NCBI GenBank assembly: GCA_964016885.1
Contig: OZ024740.1
Coordinates: forward strand, 199,950,001 to 200,014,000
DNA from: Eledone cirrhosa
Lineage: Eukaryota
DNA length: 64,000 nucleotides
Direction: 5' to 3'
A program made the translations under genes and the position numbers. Below, in pieces: positions 53,801 through 64,000 of this stretch (the first letter of the stretch is position 1; the number at the start of each line of letters is the position of its first letter). The notes beneath the pieces are model-generated. The model worked only from the letters and a program-made list of their open reading frames with translations. It ran no database searches and was not told the origin of the DNA.

Positions 53801-54364
53801 TTGTTTTAACATTTCTTACAATATTATGTATTCCAGCAAAGTCAGCAGAGATTTGTAACGAGGTTCGAAATTATAAATTATATTGTACAAACTGTATATG
53901 TGTACTTGTGCAATACGAGGCTTAGACATGGAACAACAGAATTCAGGTTAACAATAATGCTCTTCATTTCCCCCTTTCTTCCCAGAATAGATGTATATGT
54001 AAAACACAATTTATATCCAAATAAGCTTTGTCAGAACAACAGGCTGGAATAGTACATTATTGTGCCCCATAATATGGTAGCTGAAATGTGCTCAAATCCC
54101 ACCAAAAAGGAATTAGTTTCACTAACCGTATATATATAAATTCAGTGTTTCAAACTATTGAACAGCTGATCAAGTACAACATAAACATTTCTTTGGAACT
54201 TTGCCATGATGTACAGCCAACTATGTTTTCCGTTATATAATAACCCAAATAAATCTCCTTTCTGATTTTAAAATCGAATAAAGAGTATTGGATGATCTTA
54301 TGATATTTCGGTTGCTATATACAATTATTTATCAATCCCCCATATTATTGTAAAGTATAAAGAA

Positions 54365-54503
54365 AGGTGGCGAATTGGCAGCTTCGTTGGAAAGTCAGAT
54401 AGAATGCTTCACAATATTTCTTCAATTCTTTATTTTTAGGGTTCAAATCCCACCGAGTTCAAATTTGCTCTTCATCCTTTCGAGATCAATAACCAAAATA
54501 CCT
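54365..54503 (+). mobile_element. Degraded tRNA-derived SINE
   Basis: ggcgaattggcag...ggttcaaatcc...tttgctcttcatcctttcg.gatcaata. Confidence 0.55.
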
Positions 54504-54584
54504 TTCTAATACAAGAATCGATGCTCTCTCTTTCTCTCTCATTCTGTCTCGTGCACCCTATATATATATATATATAGTTTATGT

Positions 54585-54745
54585 CGGGCTCAATCGAGGG
54601 TAAGCACAGTAAGTAAGGTACTCAATATACAGCAGAGTATATATATTTAATATAGAAATGGCTTCTACAGGTCTATAACTGTTTCATTAGGGATGATTTC
54701 TCCTGAATGAAACAGTTCTAATACTGTAGAAGCCATTTATATTAT
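54585..54745. mobile_element. PLE pLTR-like remnant in inverted arrangement with partial hammerhead
   Basis: aaatggcttctacag..aactgtttcatt pairs with aatgaaacagtt..ctgtagaagccattt. Same family as 59047-59090 and 59920-60310. Confidence 0.5.
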
Positions 54746-55832
54746 ATATATATATATTAAAATAACACATCGGTAAAAAGTTTGGAAAATTAGGAGAGGG
54801 AAAAACAATTGTATGTGTGGCTGGGGAGGAGGGTCAAATAAGCATGTATGATGTTTTGAATACTTCATTCTGCGAGAGAGTTGCTTTTAAAACGTCTTTG
54901 TGTGAATATGTGTGCCTCTGTGTATAGGGTATTTTATAGATCGTGTGTTTGTGGCCGAGTGTATTATCGTTGTGTGACTGGATGTGGTTGATCGTATGAG
55001 GTTTTATGAATATTGCCAATGGGAGTGTGCGTGTGTCTTTATATGTGTGTGTATTTAATTTTACGTTTTGACAAAACGAAGTCCTTTAAATATATAACAT
55101 ACTTGAAGAAAATAATTTCCTCTTATCTATAGGATTAATTAATCTTTTTCAGGTTGATGCCACACTATAGCTGCAGTTTAATTACTTTAAAACGGTCAAA
55201 TAAAAACAGAATAAATTACATGAGTGTATGGGTATAAGATTGCATGCGAAGGTACGTTGTTTAAAGTTAGTGCGTTCGACTCATTCTTATACGATTTTCC
55301 TTATACCATTTTATTCATGCATCCAGCCTGTAAGTCAGATTGCTGGCCTTGTGATTCTGTTCCACTTAATCTACTTGTGAATTGATTTTACGGGTAGATA
55401 TCCCTGCAATGCGTATACGCTTACACGTAAATATAAAAAAATTCCCTAGAGTAATCGTTGTCGGAATCAACGTTTGTTCGACAAACTTTCGCAGTTTCTC
55501 ATTGAAGCAAACATATTGGCAGATAGACACAAATAGTACAATACGGTCGTTGTATTTAAAGTGCAACAGGCGAACACATATTTATAACAAGCTGAAGCAT
55601 ATTGAAGTCTTGGCATTACTATTACCTGCTGAATTTGATATAGAGTATGACTGATCGAATGTTAGCCAACAAATAAATAACATCGAGTTATCACTAAGCG
55701 TTGGTGGGTTTTCGCCAGCATTAGTAACAACAGCATGTTGCTTTGTAGATAATATCCGAGTACGAGTAGTATAGCCATAGAGCTGTCATGTATATATAGG
55801 CACACACATGCAGCACACACACACAGACACAG

Positions 55833-55890
<58 letters not shown>

Positions 55891-56287
55891 ACATAAATGA
55901 AAGGTATAGAAATTGTTTTAGCGAGAAGCTAACAGTATACATAACATATATGCGACTATGGCGTCAAGATGCGAAAAATAGTTAACGTAAGATGTAGGAA
56001 AAATAATTCAAACTCATCTCAAAAGAGAATCAGGATATAAATTCATCCACAGAATTTAGTGAAATCCAGGGGAAAATCAATAGAGCCTTAACTCATGATA
56101 AAATAAAGTCTAAAATACTTATCCTTCAATTTGGAAAAACATCAAATGCTCCGTATAGTCTTAAAGTCTATTTCATGAAAACTTTCAGTGGAGATGGTCA
56201 CGGTTGGATTTCAATCGTCAGCAGAGCTCAACCAGATAACCATGACTCTCACAGATGTATAAGCCAAAATGGTAATTTTAAAACTTG

Positions 56288-56375
<88 letters not shown>

Positions 56376-56415
56376 GTATATATACATATATATATATATA
56401 TACATGTAAATATAC

Positions 56416-56485
<70 letters not shown>

Positions 56486-56510
56486 GTATGTATATATGTA
56501 TGTATGTATA

Positions 56511-56778
56511 TGGCTTTGTGCAGTGCCTTTGCTCAATATAAAAGCTTCACAGCACAGGCATTGCTTTATATCTGGAGATCTCTCTGCACTTGTCGTTACA
56601 TGGTACCATGGGCCCAGCACTATGTGTCAATAATTGTCACAAGTGTAGTGTATGTACCAGAGTTTTCAAGTCGCTGGCTGGACTAAAATGTCACACTCGT
56701 TCAGCGCATCGGTAGGAGTTCTCCTACATGGATATAAAGTAGTGGCCGTACTCGAAAACGAGTTGGCAGCCACCATGT
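56511..56778 (+). mobile_element. 5'-truncated copy of the 2935-3545 element, in (TATG)n
   Basis: Highly similar to the reverse complement of 2935-3201. Confidence 0.85.
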
Positions 56779-57086
56779 ATGTATATATATTATATTAAGC
56801 AGAAAGACAAAAATGCCTTGTAATCATTTATAGTTAAAGTGCACAACGATACGCGTGCGCATCTATTTTAAAACCTGAAGATGGCTGAAGCCTTGCCACG
56901 CCATAGCCTGCTGGCTTTAAACTATCAATCATTGTACACTCTCACACATATACACACACCCTGTTTTATTAAAGTTTTATCTGAAACAATACATCAATCT
57001 CAAATTGCTAATTAGAATAATAGTCTACAATTATTATCATAGTAACTTAACAACACACAGACATAATGAGCATATATGTATATATA

Positions 57087-57166
57087 CATGGTGACCCATA
57101 AAAATGTACTCAGCGATTGATTAGAATGCCGTTGAAGTTTCATACATTTTGGGTGGGGACACCCTA
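57087..57166. mobile_element. Possible tiny Tc1/mariner-type MITE
   Basis: TA|CATGGTGACCC..AAAATGTA ... TACATTTT..GGGACACCCTA|TA: imperfect TIRs with TA flanks. Confidence 0.35.
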
Positions 57167-58554
57167 TATATAGATGATTGTGAAGACACGTGTTTTACGG
57201 AGCATATAGTCGTGTAAACCCTTTCTGGTAGAGAGTTGTATCCTTGTGCAAGACACTTCAGTTCACATCGCTCCATTCTCCTCGAGCGGATGAAGTGATT
57301 TATTCATATGATTCAAAAGGTCAACGTTGTTGTACGTTATGTTACACTCAATGACTCAGATAATTAAGTGATGAGTAAACCTGCAACATGTTTCCACGCT
57401 CAGGCTCATCATTTCGGTGTAGAAATCGAACACATGCCACCGCCACGGACTAAGATTCTACAACTGGATGGTAAATGTCTTTGAAAGATTCATAATAAGG
57501 TTTCATATACGTTAATTAATCGTAGTCGGGTGGATAAAAAGCAAAGCTGAACCCGGCAGTACTTTAACACTTTAATTAATATACAGTCAGGATTAGATTC
57601 AGTTAAGAATAAACATTTTAAAAGGAGGCGATTCGGTAGCGGCGTTAGCGTGTCAGAATGCCTTGATATTTGTTCGGGCTCTCTAAATTCACATCTGACC
57701 AAGGTCGTCTGTACTTTCTATATGTTCGTTATTGAATCGGTCAAGAAACATTAGATTTGTGGAATTGTTAGTGTCACACCGGATGCTTTGCAGTATCTGA
57801 TCTAGCTCTGGGTGTTTTTAGTTCAATACAGCTTCTTTCTATCACATGTTCCAACTGGTTTGATAGTGTCTCCTCGCAGTAGTAGTGTTGACACAAAAGG
57901 ACCAACACACACGTGCACAAATAATCTATATTCACTTTTGTTTTATATATTTTGTCCGATTATCGTGAACACTATCAATAGCAGTTCAATAGGAAATATT
58001 AAATGGCCATATCACAGTAGTGTAATGACCATAATCATGATGAAAGCAATGATGGGAATAGCGACAGTGGCTTTGCTTGTAGTGGTTAAGGTTTTGGCGA
58101 ATGTGGTGATGGCTTTTTCGGTGAAAACGAAGGTAGGTGTTGATTACTATTATGATGCCGGTGATTCTAAATAGACAGTGATGTATAATCAGTAATATCT
58201 ACTCATATTCCTCCAATCACTCAAACATAAATGCCATCGATGAAGCTGCAGTAATGACTGCGGTTCTATGTTTTCACCAAACTCAACACCATATTATATT
58301 TATTGTGAAAGACAGCTTGCTGGCGGAATTATATTTCCTCAAGGATATTTAAGTATGTTCTATACAAAACGCTAGTATGATCTATACATTTATGTATGTA
58401 TGTTCTATACAAAACGGCGGTAGTATTTACCTACTAACCTTCCCGACTAAACTTTATCAATTTTAAAAGTATACATACGCTGAAATGAATCCACTGATAC
58501 ACACATATTCGTGTGCACACGCACAATGATATCCTCAGATATATGAATGTATGT

Positions 58555-58640
58555 ATGTACCTATATATATATATATATATATATAGGCATGTGTATCTAT
58601 ATATGTATATATGTATTTATGTGTATATATATATATGTGT

Positions 58641-58671
<31 letters not shown>

Positions 58672-58704
58672 TATGTATATATATATATATATATATATGT
58701 GTGT

Positions 58705-58735
<31 letters not shown>

Positions 58736-58911
58736 TATGTATATATATATATATATGTATGTATATATACATATATATATGTATGCATATATATATATAT
58801 ATGTATGTATATATATATATATATGTATGTATATATATATATATATATGTATGTATATATATATATATGTATGTATATATATATATATGTATGTATATAT
58901 ATATATATATG

Positions 58912-58962
<51 letters not shown>

Positions 58963-58983
58963 GTATTTATGTGTATATATATA

Positions 58984-59040
<57 letters not shown>

Positions 59041-59090
59041 TTAGCGTGAATGAAACAGTTCTAGTCTTGTAGAAGCATTTTCTATATCAA

Positions 59091-59121
<31 letters not shown>

Positions 59122-59275
59122 CATTTATATATACATACACACACATATATATACACATAAATGCATATATATATATAGAGAGAGAGAGAGATAGATACAC
59201 ATACCTATATATATGCACATACATATATGCATACACACGCAACGAACCACCCATAAAGACACACACATGTATATA

Positions 59276-59337
<62 letters not shown>

Positions 59338-59341
59338 ATGT

Positions 59342-59397
<56 letters not shown>

Positions 59398-59420
59398 TTA
59401 TATATATATATATATACTGC
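58555..59420. repeat. (TA)/(TATG) microsatellite block
   Basis: Direct inspection. Confidence 0.93.
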
Positions 59421-59919
59421 TAAAGTAATTCTCCCATAGTGAATAGAATCACTGCATGTGTAAATGATTTTAAAAGAAGTCAAGGATAGAGAAAAAAAGA
59501 TACTGTCTAGTTTGCAGCAATGATATAACAATTAGATTAAATATCACATGCAGAAATCTAATTAGAACTCAAGAGATGAAGTATTCTTTTATATATTAAA
59601 CTACATATAGCTCTATATTAAATTCCTGGGGCCGAATAGACGTTAGATTCTAAGAACTATATACTGCTGAAGCCAAATATATGCTGCTACCGTCAGATAT
59701 CTAGAAGTGTGTTTGTATGTGTGTGCGTATGTTTGTGTAGCTGTATGTGTGTGTGTGTGCATCAATTTATTTATGAATCTTTTCTATTATTAGGTCCTGA
59801 TATTGGTGTCTGCTTAACATGTTCGCTTGGCAACCAGAAAGTTCTAGGTTCAGTCCTATACATTCTACGAATTCTACAACTTCTATGTAATGGAAATGTG
59901 TGCACCGAAACTACAGAAA

Positions 59920-59983
59920 GGCTTCTACAGGACTAGTAGCGTTTCTAGTACTGTTTCATTCATATGAAATCATCAGAAATGCC
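59920..59983 (-). ncRNA. Type I hammerhead ribozyme (canonical CUGAUGA core)
   Basis: Minus strand: GGCATTT-CTGATGA-TTTC-ATAT-GAAT-GAAACAG...CTGTA-GAAGCC. Stem III ACAG/CTGT, GUA site. Confidence 0.55.
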
Positions 59984-60310
59984 GTTTGAAATATTAAGTC
60001 GTTACTTACCTACTCAAAGAATTGTTCCCCCACTCCCTTAAACCAACTTCCCACATCCCCATCCCCACTCTACCCCAATACTCTACACTCGATCCTGAAC
60101 GACGCCACCAACACCACCACCATTACCAATCCCAACTACTATGACACTTATAAATAAAAAAGATTTAAATTTCAAACGGCTTTCTTGATGATTTCACACG
60201 AATGAGACAGTACTAGTCCCGTAGAACCCTTTTCTGTATAAATTCCTGTCTTCACTCTAAACATGTATTGAGTACCATATTTACTGTAGTTACCCCCGAC
60301 TTTACAGGAG
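59920..60310. mobile_element. PLE pLTR-like remnant: inverted pair of hammerhead-bearing copies
   Basis: 59920-59991 is the reverse complement of 60170-60230; the plus copy has core mutations. Confidence 0.5.
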
Positions 60311-60554
60311 AACTTCTTATCATATATATATATATATATATCAACCGACAAACAGTGTTTCAATTGCATGTACACTTATGCACACATGCGTAACAATGTA
60401 CATGGCTATGTTAGGAAATGATTTTAAATACTAGACTATGTGCTTGTATATTAATAATAAGATCTCAACACAAATGCATGCTACCTAAGGTTTCACACTT
60501 CAACCAGTATATTACATTGACATCATATGTATATTAGTTAAACCAACTCCGGTA

Positions 60555-60604
<50 letters not shown>

Positions 60605-60641
60605 GACTGTCATGTCAGCAATTCGTAATCCATCCCTTGCA

Positions 60642-60733
<92 letters not shown>

Positions 60734-61218
60734 GAGAGAGAATGCATGTGTATATGTGTGCGAGTGTGTATGTGTGTGTGTGTGTGCGTGTCTGTGGAGT
60801 ATTATCACTTTGGGGCCTTTTAACTTGACCAAGTAATAATAACATTCTGATGTTTAAGAGATATGATGTACCAATATTTGACCTTCTCCCTGATACCTGC
60901 TATTGTAGATACTTTGAAAACCTCAAAATGCCATACTCAATTGTCTGTATGATCCAGAGTTATACAAGATATTCTACATGGTTTCTACGAAGGCAGCACA
61001 TCAAATGGAATTTGAAGTGTTCATGCTAAAGATTTCTGTTCTGTCTAATGAGCTATATTCACTGAAATATTTTACCAAATGTACAAGTAGACCTCCATTC
61101 ACTCCTCCCCACTCTCTTTCTCTTTCTCTCCTTTTCTATTAATGTTTCTTTTACTTTTACTGTCTCTGTCTTTCCGTACTTTCATACACAGTCGCACTTA
61201 CACACATAGACACACACA

Positions 61219-61257
<39 letters not shown>

Positions 61258-61346
61258 TCATATGTTATTTATTTATTTACACATATTCATCTATTTCATC
61301 TGTACATGCATATCTGCATGTATATCTGTATATAGATCTATATCTA

Positions 61347-61395
<49 letters not shown>

Positions 61396-62099
61396 CTCTC
61401 TCTCTATATATATATATATCATGTATGCTTATATATATATACATATATTTGTATGTGTATTTGTGTGTGCATACATACCTGTATATTTAAGTGCTCCCTG
61501 ATATGTTTGCATGTGCCTGTGTGTATGCCTGTATTATTTCATCCTTTACCATATAAGCCCGTGTAAAATGTCAAGATGTTATCCTCGGATTCATCTTTAA
61601 CCAGTCGTTATGTGTACCGTTCATTGAATCCCAGGTTTATATGTATTTCTCCATTGGAAAATACATATTTAATGCGCTCATAGAAACTATTCAAGAAACC
61701 TAGGTGTTCTGTTACGTAAGTTATGTTTGAAGGTAAGCATACACACACCCATATATTTAGCCGATTATTTTCAGTGTTAAGATAAATATTGCATGCCTAA
61801 ATACACATAGACGCATTCACATACTCACATGGCTGCGAGCAAACACAGACTCACACATACATATATATATGCTCACTTTGTTTAGATTATGGGTTCTTTG
61901 ATGACTATTTAAAGTAAAGCTTCAGTGAAAGAAAGTGTGCAGATGAATAATATTTTCTTGGATAAGTTAGGAATTAAACTATGTGCATGCGCCCTTTGTT
62001 GCTTCCATTTGCAGTATTGAGTGCATTCTTCCTCCATGTCTCCAAACTATTTCTAACAGTCGAATCTCATATTGAACGATTATTATACATGCATTTTAT

Positions 62100-63520
62100 T
62101 CTTGAAGGATCCATGTGACTCCCTTACACAATTGCCTGTATCTGGTCTTTGAACAACTTGTTTTCGTCCTTTATTCAGTTAATAAACACTGTTCAACCTG
62201 CCTGACAGGCGTGATTCAATCATATACAGTACATGTTCGAACCTCCTCAGTTACTGTCTGTAAAGAGATGATTCCGTTTACTTTTATTGGTTCTATGGAG
62301 GGTATTTGTGTGTGGAATCCTATCTCACCGGGTGACTTAAGGGATCTTCTGTAGACACTCTGAATAATAAAGGAATCAAAAATAGTAATACGTCGGCTGT
62401 ATGTTGACCATGTCTCTATAAACAGGCTTTTATACATTTTATGAAGCTTTTAAAGCCGCTCCTCCTAAACAATCGCCTCACGTTTAATAGAAAATTTCTG
62501 CGCATTCTGTGTTTCAATTTCCTTGCATGTGTGTAGGAACCGTAAGAAATTGGTTGCATGGGGTCTATGTCTCACACCCATACAAAGAAGTGGAAACAGA
62601 AATTGCTCAATAGATGAACATTTCTCATGGAACTGAAGGTGATTGTTTAGCAATAGCGGCTTTCTAAACCTTCCATATTTTACTGAAGCCTGTTTGAAGT
62701 GGTTTAGAATTTCTTCCTGTGTGCATTCATGTAATAGAATTGGGAGGATGTGATCAGTTGCTGGAGTTCAACAGAGAGATTGAGGAGGAGAGAAGCCAAT
62801 TTAGTGTTTCATTTAATGAATCCACAGTTTTTAGGACGTGTTTAACCAATCCTTTTATGATATGTGAGTCCCGCTGAAATGGTGTCTTCAGTTTATGCTC
62901 AGCGAAGTTATCAGTCCAATGAAATTCCACAATCGGTTTTTGAAGAGGGTCCCATCTGTTTGAAAAGTTATAGTGAATTCTCTCAACCTTTTCATCCTTC
63001 AATGAATGAATATCGTCAAACGAATGATACAGATATTAAACAATACAGATGCAAGAAAAAAGCCCGTCTTGGTTATTGCTATTACACTGAAGAGTTAAGA
63101 TACCGGCTCTACAATAAAAAACTCAGACTATCTGTGTGAATCTGACGTAGGAGTTTCACGAATTTGGAGCGGTCATCTTTCTGAGAACCTCCTACAGAGG
63201 GTCCCTGATTAATGTCTCGGAAGCGTTTGACATGTCTCTAAATGCAATGAAGAGGCCCTGCTTTTGATCCATGCATGTTTCTGCAATAAGAATTGTTCTT
63301 TAGCTACAGCCGAACCACGACCACAATGTTGACACTGGTGAGATGTTCAATATTGATAGGATCAACTTTTTAATTATAACTTTGGTCAGGAGCTTCCCTA
63401 CAATTGACATAAATGCTATCCCGCTTTTGTCTGAACATAACAATTTGTCTTTCTTTTTCTTGATGACAATGTTGGGATGCTTCCAGTGTTGGAGTATATA
63501 TTCTCAGTTCCATAATTCTG
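62100..63520 (-). mobile_element. Ancient, highly degraded RTE-like LINE fragment (RT region)
   Basis: Minus strand gives KKDKLLCSDKSGIAFMSIVGKLLTKVI and ETCMDQKQGLFIAFRDMSNASET, resembling RTE KGD..C.NYRGISLLS..GK and EKC.EQ...LY..F.D..KAFD. Confidence 0.55.
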
Positions 63521-64000
63521 TGATGTAATTATGAAGCTTTCTTGTACAGAGGCAAACTTCTCCCTTCAATATATTCTCACATGAGTTACTGCTTCATGCA
63601 TACACACACGTTAATATGACACACGCACACACATACACACTCACTGACACACATAAATTCATGTAATGTATATACGAATATATGGCTTTTTTCAGCCTTT
63701 AGCAATACTTTTGCTAAGAATGTGTGTCTGTACGCACAGAAATGCTACTCATTTAGTTACACGTTTTGATTCAATTACAATATTGGTATCAATGATTTTT
63801 TGAGGTTTGATTTGGTTCATTTGCTCTCATTAAATCACTGCATTGTTGACAAATATTGGTGTTCGGTATAAAAGATTGTATGCAAAATATCATTGATTTT
63901 CTTATATATTTAATGTTATCTATTATTTTGAATATATTGTTTCATCATTATCTCCCGCACACATTTTCGTGTCACACTCCACTGCAGTGGAAATCATAAC

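Noticed and set aside
57170-57740. Additional SINE-like traces (also ~33180-33290, 52930-53230, 55245-55290, 59805-59860)
   Set aside because: Too degraded to define boundaries or family by eye.

Overview
Repeat-dense eukaryotic (animal) DNA with no confidently identifiable host gene. The SINEs and heavy (TA)n/(CA)n microsatellite load suggest a cephalopod such as octopus (inference). The core is a ~20 kb chain (5.66-25.43 kb) of non-LTR retrotransposons threaded through (TAA)n microsatellite runs: two Tx1-clade (APE+RT) LINEs head-to-tail on the minus strand, back-to-back with four R4/Dong-like (RT+CCHC+restriction-like endonuclease) copies on the plus strand. Two more Tx1 copies, a further Dong-like copy, several Penelope-like element (PLE) remnants with hammerhead ribozymes (including U3-A8 core variants and a 321-nt tandem retrozyme-like unit), fold-back elements, tRNA-derived SINEs, an old RTE LINE and a ~4 kb (TA)-derived satellite fill the rest. 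The most novel signal: all three full-length, divergent Tx1 copies carry an invariant perfect splice donor (AAG|GTAAGTG) at the ORF1 stop, and three of four copies end ORF2 in an acceptor-like CTGTAG, suggesting ORF2 may be a spliceable intron. Coordinates were read by eye and element boundaries may be off by a few bases.
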